This document shows, in pieces, positions 1 through 14,400 of a DNA stretch of 64,000 bases; within the stretch, counting starts at the first letter, position 1, and each line of letters starts with the position of its first letter. A program made the position numbers and the translations under genes. The stretch is from Lama guanicoe (lineage: Eukaryota), in assembly GCA_013239625.1 (NCBI GenBank), contig MU057352.1, positions 32,247,277-32,311,276 of the forward strand. The letters are read 5' to 3'. Below the pieces are notes generated by a model. It saw only the letters and a program-made list of their open reading frames with translations. It was not told where the DNA came from and did no database searches.

Positions 1-2582
1 ACTTAAAAAGCAAACAGGAGGGTCCCTAGTATCCCCATTAATACACAAATAAACCTAATTACCACCCTCGCTGCCCAAAAAAAGCAAACAGTAGGATGGG
101 TGGGGAAGGGGGGAGAAACAAGCAGAAACGGGGGGCCAGAGGAGGTGGAGGCAAGGCTGGGAGGGGAACCCTCAGAACCTGGTTTAGCCAGATATTTGAG
201 GGAAGCGAAGTAGAAAGCCCAGGGATGCGTCCCCAGGTTGCCAGCCTGAGTCGTCGGGTGGCTGTCGGGGCTGCTCATCCGTTCAGCTACTCATTGTTCC
301 ATTCAGCCATCCATCCGCTCACCCACACACCCTCCTGAAGACCAGCCGTCAGCAGAAGAGCCCTGCCTCCCAGGCCTGGGAACAGGTATGGCCACCCTGT
401 GTTCTGGGCCTGGGCGCTGGGCTCAGAGAGGTTAACCGACTGGCCCCAGGCTTCACAGATGGTGTGGGGCAGATCTGAGGTTCAGGCTTCCATGACCTCC
501 TCCCCAGCTATTGTCACAAGTCACGCTGCTGCCCAGACGTGCCAGGAGTGTATGGGGGTGGGTAGGGAGGCCCCGAGTGAGTCAGGCACAGCCCTCAGGG
601 AATTCACAGCTTGGGGTGGGAGGGAGGTCAGAAATCCACGGCCCTCCTGGCAGGGAGAAGTCTCAGGGTGCAGCTACAGGGAAGGGCCTCGGAGCCAGGG
701 GGCACTTCAGGACCCTGGACAGCACCCGCAGTCCGCGTCCTGGGCTTCGCGGCTCAGCACAGCCTCACCGCCTGTCCCGCTCAGCGGGACAGCAGCCCTC
801 CCCGGCCCTTGTGGGGAGCCAGGGGTCACACTCAGGCTGTGTGGATTGGCTCATGTGACCCTCGCCCAGACCTGACAGCAGGTCCTGTCAACACCCAGTT
901 CTGCAGTTGAGGAGGTGGCTCAAGGAGCCAAAGTGACCGCCCAAAGCTGCCAGCTCGTGAGCTGGATTCAGCAGGATTTGAACCTGGCACCAGGCAGAAG
1001 AGCCCACGCGGAACGCTCCACACCCTCCCAGAAGGGCCGGCGCAGCCGAGCAAGACGTGCCCTGAGTGCACTCTGCCCTCCTTGCACACCCAGGTCCCCA
1101 CACGAAGACCAGTGGGGACTGAGTCCCGGCGAACCATCTGCAGAGATCTGGGCCCGTGAGGAACACAGTGGCTGGGGTCAGGCAGGGCTGGCTTCAAATC
1201 CATCCTCATGCCACAGCCTGACCATGGGACCTGGGGCACATCGCTGGCCTCCCAGGCTCCGGGTGCTCTCCCAGCAGTACAGCCCAGTGACGGGACCCAG
1301 CACTGACCTCGTGCTGGCCGCCTGCCTGGGTGTGCCCATGCCCGCCCAGCCCAGCCCAGATCAAACTTCCTGGGACCCTCAAGATGGCCACGTGCTGGAC
1401 GGTGGCCAAGTGCCTTTGGGGTGTGATCTGCACTCAGTTCCGTCCCTCCCTGGCCCCCTCACATCTACCCTCCCCCACCTCATCCCACCTCCAGGTTGAA
1501 CAGAGGATGGGAGGGGAGGCAGGGAAAGCTGAGAGCCACAGAGGCAGCCAAAGGGACCTGACTGAGGTGGAGAATGATCCCAAGAGAAGTAGGAGAGGGC
1601 ACCTGAAGAGGAAGGGGGGAGGCAGGGGATGTCCTGGACCCTCCAGGAAGGGCCACACCCCGTCTCTGACAAGCCTGGCTCCTTCTCGTCCCTTCTCTCC
1701 CCCCAGCAAAATGCGCTGGGCCTCTCAGCTGACTTCAAGGGGAAGAGGCAGGCGGGTGATGACAGGCAGGTCCCAGGGACCAGGAGATGCTCGGGCTAGG
1801 ACATATGGTGGAGACAGAGGCAGGCCTTTGATGAGGCACTCTCCAGCCCTGGCGCCCAGCTCCCCTCCTGGCACAAGACAGAGCTCCCCCCACCAACCTG
1901 TCTGCTTCAGCCCCCAGCATCTGCAGCCTCCCCCACAGGTGGGAGCGCCCCTGCAGAGGAAGCAGTTCCTGAGGGGGCTGGGCTGCCCAGAGCTACCGGC
2001 CTCATCCCAGCTCACCCAGCAGTGAGAGCTGGAGTCAGGGAGCAGCCCAGGTCCCTCGGCTGGGCCTGGATGGGGGGCGCAGAGGCTACGCCTCCCTCCA
2101 ACAGGAGCAGCCAGTGAGGCAGGAGCCCCACCCCGAGCTCCCCAGCAGGCAGCTGTCCCAGCCAGGGCCTGACTGATGGGCTGACCTTTCTGGCTCCCCG
2201 ATGAAAATGTATCGACCGCCTCCATGACCTTCTGGTGAAGCGTGGAGGAGACTTCCTGAAGGAGGCAGGATGGGTTTTCCTGTTAACATTACTGCGTCCG
2301 ACAAGGGGGAGGGTCCTGAAAAGGCCCCTTGAGGTGCTAAGAGCTGGCACCACTTTTAAAGGCAGGAGGGGCCCAGAGATGTCGGCAGGGGCTGCTGGAT
2401 GGACGGTCAGGGCCTCGGGCCCCTTGAACCCCCTAATCCCAGAGCTGGGGAGATGCCCTTGTCCACATTAAGGTCTCATGACCCCACACTGGGGGCACTG
2501 CCCTGTCCCAGCCAGTGGTCAGAGGGAGAGAGAGCTCTGGAGGACACCAGGACACCAACGTGGGACATCCAGTGGGACATTC

Positions 2583-2930
2583 ACAGACTGAACCGTGTCC
2601 CCAGAACCGGTATGTTGACGTCCTCAGCCCAGGACCTCAGAGTGGGGCCTTACTGGAGATGGGGCCTATACAGAGGCCGTCAACTTAAAGCCATCTGACT
2701 GGGGCCTTAAAAGACAGGCGGATTTGGCCGCAGCTCCACAGGGAGAATGCCGTGTGAACACGCAGGCAGCCGTCTACACGCCGAGGAGAGAGGCCTGGGG
2801 CAGATTCTCCCTCACGGCCTCAGAAGGAGCAGCCCTGCCGATCTCAGACGTTCCAGGGCCGGGAGACAGTAAATATCGGCTGTTTGGGCCACGCGCTCTT
2901 TGGCGTCGGTTACAGCAGCCCCAGCTAACA
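2583..2930 (+). mobile_element. MLT1 (ERVL-MaLR) solo LTR
   Basis: Matches recalled MLT1A-D consensus blocks: 'actgaa..gtgtcccc..tatgttga.gtcct', 'gagagaggcctggggcagattctccctcacggcctcagaagga' and 'gttacagcagcccc'. Confidence 0.8.
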
Positions 2931-5900
2931 GGCCAGGCCCCAGCCCATCCGCCCATCTGGCCCTCGGGAGCAGGGATGCCCAGGGTGCCAGGGTCCTTCT
3001 ACCGAGAGCTCGTGGGCCAAGCAGAGTCTCGTCCAATCCAGCCCTGGGCGCCCCTCTCCCAACAAGAGCACAGCAGCCCATTCCCCCTCCACCCTGCTCA
3101 CCCAATGCGCTCTCCGCCCTGGGCACCCTCGCGCCCTGCCCCTGCTCTCCCAGAGCCGGGCACAGGACTCAAGGGCCCAAAGCCAGTGGGGCTGCAGGCC
3201 CGTGAGGCCATCACGTCCTACAGTGGAGGCGGTGACCTCACCAAGGATGCTGTGGGGGCTGCAGACGCCTCTGGAGGCGGTGAGCCTGGGCACTGGTCCA
3301 GGCAGCAAGGGGCTGTGGGTCACTCTCCGGGCCAAGGCTGAGTAGACGGCCCAGAGTCCTCCTACCCTCTGCCCAGTCCTGCTACCATGGGGCCATCACA
3401 GGGCGCCCAGAGACCCTGCTCCACACAGGGGTTCCTCAGACCCATCTCAGGGGCTGCCCAGCTCAGTCCCTTTGGGGAAGGGCTGAGTACTACACGCTGC
3501 CCACAGCCCTAGGTCAGCCCTGTGAGGGACCCAAGTACACCCATTTCAGAGGTGCGAACAGTGAGGCTTGGAAAGGGCAGCTCGCCTGCAGCCCCTTAGT
3601 AGTGGCGTCGGGGACCAGACAGGAGGGAACGCACGGCAGAGGACGTGGGAACAGGGTGGGCAAGGCCAGTAGGGGGACCAAGCCCTGCCTCCCCACCCAG
3701 GAGGGGTCTCCCACCTGCCCCCACACCTGCCGCCCCCTCTCCAGGTCCCCCCAGCTGTCAGCCATCAGCTGGCTAATCAGTCTTAAACGACAGCCCCACG
3801 AGGCTGATGGGGGCTGACGGCGGGGAGCCAATTAACCTGAATTACACTCTTGATTGGGGCCCAGTTAGTGTCAGCTGTGTGGGGTCGGAAGCCGTGCCGG
3901 TGCAGCAGGCGCTGAATTCACTCGCTGGCTGGGAAGAGCTGCACCCTCCCGGCCCAGGATGGGAGGCCGGCCGGCCCCCTCCCGGCCTGGTCTGCCCCAG
4001 CCCCGCTGTGGGAAGAGATGCCTATGTTACGGTTTGGGAAGGGGCTTTGCTCAGCACCTCCTGGCCCGAGGGCCTTCCCACGGGCCCCTCCCCCTGCCCT
4101 CCACAGCTCTTCACTTGCAGAACTCCTGCTCACCCTTTAAAACCCAACTCCAGCACCCCCACTGGCAGGACGCCTTCCCAGAGGCTGCCTGGCTGCACCA
4201 GAGGCTGTCTCTGGGGGCCTCAGCCCCTGCTTCCCTCTGCATAGAACTTACCTCCTTCCTGCTGCAACTGTTAAAGTTAGGGGGCAGCTGCCCAATTGCT
4301 GCCCTGAGCTCGGCAGGGCTTAGAGAAGCAGGGTGACCAAGAGGAGTGACCAGCTGGACTCCAGCTGTGGGTCCAGGGACGAGCCCTACAGACACCACCC
4401 TCAGGCGTCCACAGGCTCCATGTCCACAGCGAGAATGGACGGACACTGGCTGGGCAGCCCAATAGGAGCCCACAGGTGCTGCCCTCTGTCTGCTGCCCCT
4501 TCCGCTGAGATGAGGGCAAAACAGAAAGTGTGAGGTGGGGGGCTGGAGATTGCTGGGCGTGGGCCAGACTGTGCTGAGCAAGGAGGGGACCCCCGGGGCC
4601 TGCAGAGGGGCACGTCCATGGTGAGAAACAAGGCCCTGACTCCCGCAGCCCAGCACAGCCAGGGTCAGACGCAGGGCAAGGGCAGGAGGGGCTGAGGAGG
4701 AATGAGGGCACTTGGGCACATTGGGTGCAGGCTTGGGACTCAGCAAGGTACCAAGCCCGATGCTCCACTCCCCGCACCACCATCTGCAGGACCCCGGGCG
4801 CTGGTCCCCGGGAGCACGATGCCCGGGGCTCTCGGTGAGGAGACTCCTGGTGCCGGACGCCTGGGGCCACGCGGCCTCTGTCTTGGCCCCTCTGCGCCCC
4901 CAGCCCCTTCCCTCAGCCCACTGCACCCTCGTCCCCTCCTCAGAAGCGGTCCAGCTCCCACCGCATTCCTCAGAAACCGCTTCTCATGCAAATGTATTCA
5001 AAATACATGACATTTCAGAAACATCTATTTGTATATATTTAGACTCCATTTCAAAAGAATTATTCAAAATCGGAGCCATTTGGATGGATGGGTGTGGAAC
5101 GGATTGTTTCTTAAGTGTAGCGTCAAAAATACCACGTTTTCTAAGTGGATTACAAATGCTGTCGTTACTGAAACGGGCACATTCTGCTGGGGATGAAACT
5201 TCAGAATAATGACTTGATTTAGGGATTCTGTGTCCTAGGACAGGGGCTCGGGGCGGCCGGGAGCTCTCGGCCTGTCAGCTCCATAGCGAAGCTAATGTCC
5301 CCGGGGCCTGCTTGTGCTGGCCGGGCAGGGTTCTGCTCCAGACACGAGCCTGTCCCTCCGGGGGCCTGAGTTGTCCTCGCCACTCTCCGGCTGGCTCAAG
5401 TCCCAGCCTGAAGGCTGGGTCCCGCACCTCGGGGGACAGGGCATCACCCCGGGCCTGCCACCCTCCTTGACTGGGACAGGCAAGCTTGTCCTCTCCCATC
5501 TCCCAGAACACGACTTGCGGCCTCAGGCTGTGGTCGTGCCAGGCCCGGTATCCCATCATGGGCCGTGTTGCTGGTGGGGACAAAGGAGGGCCAGGGAGCC
5601 AGACCCTACGCACTGCAGCCCCCACTCACTGGCTGTAAAACAGGCCAGATGACCGTCCTCCATGCCGCCCTCTCCGGGTGCCCAGGGGCCCAGTATTTGC
5701 CACATCCAGGCCCGAGTCGGGAGCCCTACTGGTCAGCCCCTCAAACAGAAGGTCTTGCTGGTGAATTAAGGCCGGACTGTGTCCTCCTGCGGCGTCCACA
5801 CAGCCAGTCAGCTCGGCTGCAATACAAAAGCGGCGGAAGGAAGCCAGCTGGGCTGGGCGGGGCACTTCCTGCCACGTCAGGGGAGGAGTCCACTGGTGGG

Positions 5901-6549
5901 ACCTCCTCAGGGTTTGAGGGTGCATGACAACAGCCAGAAGTCTCCAAACAGGCTCTTCGGCCCAGCGATCCCTTTCGGGGCTACACGGGAGCTGACGGGC
6001 CCTCACGGCCACGCTTCACACACGTGGAACCGGAGATGCTCCCGAGGCTGCTAAGCAGGTGCTGGGTAAGTCTGCCAGGGCACAGCCAATGGCAGAGCCT
6101 CCTGCTGCCAGGAGGGCGGCCCGGGGAGTGAAAGGCCAGGGCAGCCGTCCCCGCCGGCAGCTCTCGTCTGTGTAAGCAGACGTGCACATGCGTGTGCGTG
6201 ATGATCGAATCACTGGAAACATCACGATCATTATGTTGTCAGCAATGTTTCCTCTGGAGGTGGAATCGTGGGGAACATTCTTTCTGTTTGATTTTTGTTT
6301 CTGTGCTTTGGCTGCAATGAGCTTCTGTAACAAAGACAAAAGCCCAAACTGGGGAGCCTTTGAAGAGCCCGTTCCTGTGTCTCCAGGCTGCCCTGGGAGG
6401 CGGGATGTGAACCCCATGGGAGGGGCTAGGGGAGGCAGGGGTGGGGGTGTCCCGGGCTGGGATTCAAGCCCCGAGAAGGTCGTGGCCAGGATGGCCTCCA
6501 GCCCTCCGGCCTCCAGCCTCCAGCACTGACCCCCATTCCCTTGTTCAGA

Positions 6550-9500
6550 GCTCTCTGGGTGAACTCCCCTAACTCCAATTGAAGACAAGCTATGGACTCG
6601 TAACCAAACATCGTCAAAGTAGCCACGTCCAGAAACAGACGAGACCAGCAAAGACTGTAAGAACAGAGGGGGACATGCGGGTAAAATGTCTCAAGAATGA
6701 AGAATATGGTCCTAAAGAGGCAGCAGGGGACTGCTGAGAACAAGCAGATGATCTGCAGAAGAAATGAACTTTCAGAAATGAAAACCACAAGGCCCCAAGT
6801 GAAAGGCTCGGCTGACAAGTTGGCGGGAGATTTGACCCACCTTTAAGCCGCAAGGCACATCCAAATGAGTCACCGTTATCCCCTCAGACGGACTGGGGCT
6901 AGGAGACATTACAACCTCCAGGGACGGGGGACTCTCATACACGTCCAGTGAGGGCCCCAGGGTGGCAGGGAACGTGGGAGGCAGGGCACAGGCACCCCAT
7001 AAAGCGGTGACAGCTGTGGTTTTCGAGGACTTATTCACACAGGCACCCACTGACCCAAATAGCACACAAAGCAGAAGAGAAAGACATCCATACCCAGATG
7101 CACCTCGGGAAAGCCGTGGAATTCTAAATGCAAAGCCTAGATCTGGAGTCAGCCAGAGGAGAAGAGAGCCCCAACAGCAGGGCAGGTGGACAGTCGCAGA
7201 CCCCCCAGTGGCAGCAGGGGAGCCAGCCAGCCCTGGAGGGAACTGCGCTCCAGCCAGAGGCCTGCAACATGCAACGCCCCACGTGAGAGACGTGGCAAAT
7301 GGCATTAAAGACCAACAAAAAGTGTCAACATGATCAGAGGGACTTGTCCCCAAGGATGACCTCCAGGAAGGAGGAAGAGCCCAGAAGATCTAAGGTAAAA
7401 GGCGACTAGGGACCGATGACATGACACAGGCTGTGTGGGCCCTCACTGCACCAGCTGCACAACGTCACAGCATCCCCTGTGTGGGGCCCACAAGGACAGC
7501 GGCGGGCGGGGGAAGGGAGCGCGGGGAAGGCAGCAATCTGAGCGCGAATGTTCCGAGGCCCCGGAGTTGGTCAGGAAGGGAGGTGATGATGTCTGACTTT
7601 AGACTTTGTGGCAACATTTCGAGGGTTGAAATACAGCACAAGGAAAAAATGAACTAAATTTTGAAAGACTCAAGTGGTTAAAGAGACATGACTAAACACA
7701 ACAAGGGAAACTGGGTTAGAATCCTGGGCGTTAAAGAACGTTCTCGAAACAAGAAGTAGCATCTGAACGGGGTCTGTGAGGCAACAGTCATGTCCGATGG
7801 CTGGTAATTTACTGGCTGGATGCGTGCGGGAGAGCATCCTGGCTCTTGGCAAACACGCTGAGGTCGCAAGGAGCGACGGCCAGCATGGCTGTAAGTGACT
7901 CCGGGGAGCGTGGCTGAAGAGAGACAGGAACTCGAGTTCTACTTCTGCAACTTTCTGAAAATTTGAAAGTATTTTTCAATATAAAAAGTTAAAAACTCTA
8001 GTACTAAAAAAGGCAGCTTTCAAAAATAAAGATAGGTACAAATCAAAAACTCAGGTGGAATAAACAAATTCTAACATATCCCCAATGTCTGGGGCTCAGC
8101 TGGAGGAAGAGTGGAACGGTCACAATCGAGGTCCGAGTCCAGCGCTCTGTTATTTATGAGAGACATGTCGAAAGCATAAAGGCGCAGAAATGCTGGAAAT
8201 GGCCGAGTAGGAAAAGACACTGTGAAAGCATTCATCAAAAGAAGGCCGGCACCGGCCCGCTGACAGCAGGACTGGGTTTTAAGACACAAAGCATCACGTG
8301 ACAAGCGGGGCAGGAAAGGTCGCTTTGTAGCACTGAAAGTTTCAATTTACCAAGATGATACATCCATTCTAAACTTGTATGCAACCTAGAAGAAAACAGT
8401 CATTGAATACATACAGCAAACATTTATAGAGCTCCGGGGGGACATCTGCAAATCCAGCAGGGCAGTAAAAGATTTCAACCTATTTCTCTCAATTTACAAC
8501 GGGTCAGGGAGACCCCAAGAGGGAAAGATACAGAACATCTGAATCACAAAGTTAACCGGTTGACTTCGTGGGCACTAATAGGACTTTCCATGCATGTGCA
8601 TTTAAAGAGCGCACATCCTTGTCAAGCACACGTGGAACATTTACAGAAACGGAGAGCTCTAGGCCACAGAGCAAGCCGTAACAAACTTCACGTAAAAGAA
8701 ATTCTCTAAACAAAATGCAACTGTTAGAAGGTAACCAGAAGGGTAAATTTAAAATCCCCATGCATTTAGAAACTGTACCATCCATTTCTAAATAACTCCT
8801 GGGTCAAATCAAAAACTCAGACTAGACAGATTATTTTAATTGAACACTAATGGAAATATGCCACGTCACACTGCGGGGTGCAGTCAACGTGGCGGCCCTT
8901 GAAGGGGGCTCAGAGACTAAGTGCTGGTGTTTAGAAGAGAGAAAGGCTGACATTCCAGGGGCTGAGTGTCCAAGCACTTCAGGGGAAAGGACTACCCTGT
9001 AACTCAAAGAAAAAGCGAGGCGATGATAAAAAGAAGAAACCAATCAAAAACCGAAACTAGCATAGAACAGAACAAAGCCAAAGATGCTAATTAAAAGGAC
9101 AAGCCCCTGGAGAGGCTGACCAAGGCGAAAGGGAGCTGGACGGACAACGTTCACGACGAAGCGGTGCAGACAGTGGCTGGAGCAGAGTGGGCAGTGATAA
9201 CGGACAAGCCACAGCCTGGCCCACATCCCCAGCCGAGGCAAACGTGTGCACTCCTAGAACGCACGACTTTACCAGAACAGATTCCAGAACAAAGCAGACC
9301 CTGAATGTGTGCTCTGAGAATTTACAATGTAGAACAGAGGACGCCAAGGAGAGACTGATCCCTAACTCTGTGAGGCCGATAGAAACTTGTTGTCAAAATC
9401 AGGGGAGATCGGGGAAAGTACGGAAGCGTGGAGGCCCCCATAGAAGCAAGAATCCTAAATGAAATATTATCAAGTTGGAACCTTCGGTGAAAATGAATCA

Positions 9501-11450
9501 CCATCATTAATTATCATTATTTGCTCTGGTGCAAGTAGTTTCACGTGAGAAAATCTAGACACGCCATGCACCACATTAACAGAGTAAAAGAAAAAAACTA
9601 AACAATTATCTTAAGAGATAAAAAAAATACAGATTTGATGTAACTGAACACCCATCCAGGATTTAAAAAAAAAAAAAGAAGCTCCTATCAAATCCTTAGC
9701 AAATTTCCTTCACCCGACAGAGTACGATCAACCTAAAACTAACATTCTTAACCGGGTAAGGCTGGCAGCTTCCCTTTCAAAATCAGGAGCCAAACTAGGA
9801 TGCCCACTGCCCCTCCTTCCAAGTCAGCACCAGGTGCGCTGCCCACACAGCGATCAGGAAAGGAAATTAAAGGCGGAAGTATCTGCGTGGAAGAAACGAA
9901 GCTGTTATTGTGGGTAATAACAGGATTATCTTCAAAGGAAACCTAACAGAATTCATAGGCAACGTATGAGAATTAATGAGACATTAACACTGTCTGACTC
10001 TACACTCAGTTTATAGAAGTCACACACATTGCTACATGCCAGCAACATGCTTCGTACATATACAACGTATAGAAGCAAATTATGTTTAGGAGTAGATCTT
10101 TAAGAAGATACGAGATATATGTGGAGACAGTCGTTGTTTAAATGTATTTAAACCCATTTAAAGACATAAATAAATAGATAAACTACGTCCACAGACGGGA
10201 AGTCCCAATATCGTAAGGATGTCAGTTCTTACCAACTTGAGCCATAGAGTCCATGAGATTCCAACCAGAAGCGCTCACAGGGCTGCATATGGAACCCGAC
10301 CAGGGGATTCTGAAGTACACACAGGCGTACAGGGCCAGGAAGACCCAAGGTGCTGCAGGAAATAACAGGGGGCGGGGCTTCCACCTGCCAGACGGCACCA
10401 TTCAGCATGAAGGCACAGTGATGCCCCCAGGGAAGTAACGATGGGGTGGGGGCTCAGCAGGACTGGAAGGGGACCGCGCGTGGAAGCTGCCAGGGGACAG
10501 AGGAGCAGGGCAGATGGAAGAGGGGGGTTTTCAGACGCGGCGAGGGTGACTGACCGCCCCACAGAGGAACGTAAGCGGCAAAGTCCGTAGATGAAAACAA
10601 AGGAGAATGTCTTCTAGACTTGGGATGTGGGGTGCTCACAAGTGGGCAGCGAGCCTCGGAGTCGTCAGGAGACCCCGCGAGGGGCGGGAGGGAGAGCACC
10701 CTCGCCGGGTGCCGTTCGCAGCGGGAGGGGGGTGCCCAGAGCCAGGGCATCTAGATTAGAATGTATGCACGTGTGTGTATGTACCACACGTCATCAAGGA
10801 GGAAAAACAAACAATCCAATGTTTTAAACGGGCAAAAGGCATGAACAGACTTTTCATGGCTAGGAAACACAAGCATAAACATGAAAAATTCCAACTGTGT
10901 TAGTAATCAGAGAAATGCAAATGAAGACCACAATTAGACACTGACTGGCACTCCCGCCAGGCTGGCAAAGATTAATAAATCTGACGGCATCAAAATGGGA
11001 CGGGCAGAGCCACATGTCGCTGGGTGGGGACGTGGCCACCGACGCCCACTTTGGAAGATAGCCTGGTCTCATTTGGTCAAGTGGCGCCAGCCCTGTGCCC
11101 ACGACCCCGGAGCCCCAGTGCCAGCTCTAGATCGGGAGAGCCCTCCCGCGCCAGGAGCAGACACGGCGGAGGGGAGGGCGGTGGGCTGGGACACGGCCGT
11201 GCTGTGTGACGCTGCGTATTAGGGAAGGGTGACGCACAGCTGGGCACAGGCACGTGGGCAAGCCTTGGACATGACGCTGGGTTAAAAAAACAAAACAAAC
11301 AAACAAATAAAAAACCCAGCAAGTCTTGGGGACGTATGAAGAGCGTAGCTTGATTTTTATGGAGATAAAAAATAAGCACAACTGAACACTCTTGTCCAGC
11401 GATCGGCACGTTTTACAAACATCATCTATATAAAAACCCCGAACTGTCTA
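6550..11450 (+). mobile_element. Ancient, degenerate LINE-1 (L1M-type) with ORF1, ORF2 and 3'-end remnants; boundaries approximate
   Basis: A-rich plus strand with colinear L1 hallmarks: ORF1-like 6700-7400, endonuclease-region 'attctaaacttgtatgca' ~8370, RT-region 'caccacattaacagagtaaaagaaaaaaac' ~9570, 'gtaaggatgtcagttctt' ~10215, and 3' 'gtaatcagagaaatgcaaatgaagaccacaattaga' ~10900. No intact ORF. Confidence 0.8.
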
Positions 11451-14400
11451 GAACCGTGTGAAAGCAAGGGCTTCACAGACACGAAGTCCAGGGCAGAGGC
11501 TGCCCGGGGTGACAGCGGGGCCGGGAGGGGGCTGGCCCCTGCAGGGGCTCAGGGACAGCACCGGCTGTCGGGTTAGGAGGCGGCTTGTGGAAGTTCGCTG
11601 CGTCGTTACGTGTTGTGTCACGGGTTTGTGATGCGCACAGTCCTCCATAAGACCAAGCGCCGTACCAGCCAAAGACATAAAAACGGCACTATTGAGACTA
11701 GCTAGGGCCCATGGATACGCACCTTCAGCCAATAAAGCGACCTTCACTGTCCGTGAGCACAAGTCTAACCCCTCGGCTCTGAGATGCTAACATGCCAGCT
11801 CCATGGTTCTCATCCTCCAACGACGTGCATCACGGCGCCCAGCGGTCAGGTCCTGGCAGCCCCACGTGACACCCCCCCACCTCAGGCCCCAAGCCCCTGT
11901 CCCATACAGGGCCCGGAAGGGTGTGTCTACCTGCCAAGGCCACCCGGGGCCCATCCTTGCTGGCCGGCACTGAGAGGACAGGGCCCTGACTCGCTCACCC
12001 ACAGCTCACACACCTCTGAGAAGGTGGCCCCCAAAGGCAGCTGGGCACATGGCCCACGGTCCCCTTTCCACCTCATGCCAGGTCCCACCTCTTGGGTCAA
12101 GCCAAAGGTGGCCCAGCTGCTGGGTCCCCCACCCCAGCCCCGGCCTGTCCACAGGGTGGGAGTCAAGAGCCAGCCTCTAAACCTTTGTCCACCAGCTGCC
12201 CGTAGGCCCCCACCCCAGCCCTCCCCAGCTGTGTCCAGAAGTCCTGGCCTCTGTACTCATCCTCAGAGGAGGAAGGCAGCCTGACCAGGCCTCAGCTCAG
12301 GCCCAGCAGACGGGGCTCCTGTCAAGCGTAGCCACACCGAGCTTCGGCCCTGTCTTCCACGTGGGGCGGGTGAACCCGCGCTTCTAAGGAGGAGGCGGCG
12401 GCGATGAGGCCAGGCTGGAAGCTCCCCAGGCAGAGGACGAGGAGGGCCAGGAGGAGGCGGCCTGGGTGCTCCCAACCCCAGGGACTGGCGGCCCTAGGCC
12501 AGGGACGCCCTCCCTCGGGGGTGGACTCAGCCGCTGGGAAGAACGGGCCCTGGTGCGGGGAGGAGAGAAAGTCCACACCCAGGGGGCCACTGAGGTCAGT
12601 GTGTGTGTGCTGGGGGCGCTGGGGCAGGGGGAGCCCTGCCAGGAGCAGGCTGCCCCAAGGGATGAGTCTGGGGTGATCCCCCAGACCTCACAGGAGGGCA
12701 GGGCCTGGGCAGAGGCCAAAGAGGAGGGGATGATGCAAGTCCAGGTGGAGGGAGCAGCTGGAGATAGGGGTGCAATTCCAAGCAAGAGGCAAGTTGAACG
12801 GTCGTTCAAAGATGCCATGGCCCTTATCATGGTGCCTCTGCCTCCCTCTCTCCCTGCAGGACAGAGCGCAGCAGCCCCGCGGCCCCAGGCCTGGCTTGTG
12901 AAATGCTTGGTGGGTTCACTGCAGCAGAAAGTCACTTGCTGCTTCCAAGCAGACACTTTAAAAGCAACTGTGAGGTTTTCCACTGCTCTGATCTCTAGCA
13001 GGAACCTGGCAATGTCTGGGCAGGGCTGCCCCGTCATTCTGGGCCCCATAGTCAAAGCACAGGAGCTAAAGCACCTCCAACCTGGTATGGGCACATTACA
13101 CAAGCAAGAACCAGACCTGGACTTGGGCTCACTTGTTACTGCAGCCAAATAGCCTGAGCTGACTGATACAGGGAGGAAGAGGATGATCTCCGCTTAACAG
13201 AAGGGTGTGAAATCTTGCTACTAACCTGCTATGGGATCCTTGGTGGCCCTTGTGGCCTCTAGGCCTCTTACTCTCTTTTCCAAAGTGGATGGCAAGGCTC
13301 CAGTGGCCACTACCACAGGGGACCGCTGGTGCAGAGGCCAGCAGCTCGGTGGGGAGTGAACACTAATCACTAACGCAGGCAGGCCCCGAGTTAACAAAAC
13401 CCACACGGAACCGCTCATGCTTACAGCCACGTGCTCCTCTCAGATTTTCACATCTCCTCTCCTGCCAGCGGCAAAAGCATTTTGAAGGAAAAATGCAAAT
13501 TTGGGGGGCACGGGGGAGCTCTTCACCAGGCTAAAAATGGTGCTGTAATGAGGCCTCCCTCCCCCAGAGCAGAAGCAAGTCGAAATTCCTCGTGTTGCTA
13601 ATGTTTTGAGTTGGGGAGCAGCAAGGCGTAACCCCCAGACCACTTTCCCAGCGGACAGCAATGGAGGCTGGCCCAGCGGGTAGGGAAACAGCCATGAAGT
13701 CGCAGCCGTCAGCGTGGCGGTGACAGCTTCGAGGACGGCTTAACGACCCCAGGACCACAGCCGTCCCCTTGCTTCTGTTTTCCTTTCAGAGCCTTTTCAT
13801 CTGCCCTGTTGACAGTGTCATAAGGAGCCGACATCAGGAGTTCCTGGAGCAGCAGTGAAATACCGGGAAGGGGGGAACACGGGGTCAGGGTGCCCCAGAA
13901 GCTCACCGATGTCGGAGGGAGGCAAGGTCACGGTTAATGGGCCACCAGGCGCTCATGGTGCGGGGGCCTGACCACCGCCCCCGCTTCTGCACTCAGCTCC
14001 TACCCTGGGGCTGCAGGAAGTCTCACCTGGGAAATAGGCAAAGCCTTGCAAGGGGAGGGACGATGCTTGGTGGCTGTCCTTTCCCTCTCAAGCCCACTGC
14101 AGAGTGACGAGGGTGAACCACTGGCCCCCAGGTTTGAAGTCTGAGCCTGGCAGCTGAAGGCACCAGGGATTCTGATGGGTCAGCATCCAGCCACCCAGCC
14201 GCTGCCTGCGGGCCTGTCCATGGTGCTGACACTCAGCGCCTCGGCTCCTCTCATGGGCCAGAGGGCCCACTGACAGGCCGGAAATGCCGAGGCCCAGGAG
14301 CACCCAGGTGGCGAGTGATGAGTCGAGCCCAAGGCACCTGGAATCAGCCCGACTCCCCACCCACTCCTTGGTCAGTTCTCCAGGTTCTGGCCCTGGTCAC

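Noticed and set aside
6016-7353. Several 120-210-aa ORFs
   Set aside because: They overlap or flank decayed L1 ORF1 sequence and encode no intact protein.
12384-13152. Overlapping 254-aa and 228-aa antisense ORFs; 'KRQVERSFK' faintly recalls a Harbinger transposase motif
   Set aside because: No DDE motifs (DGT/GDxGY), no splice support, and the length is explainable by GC content. No transposase partner was found in the window.
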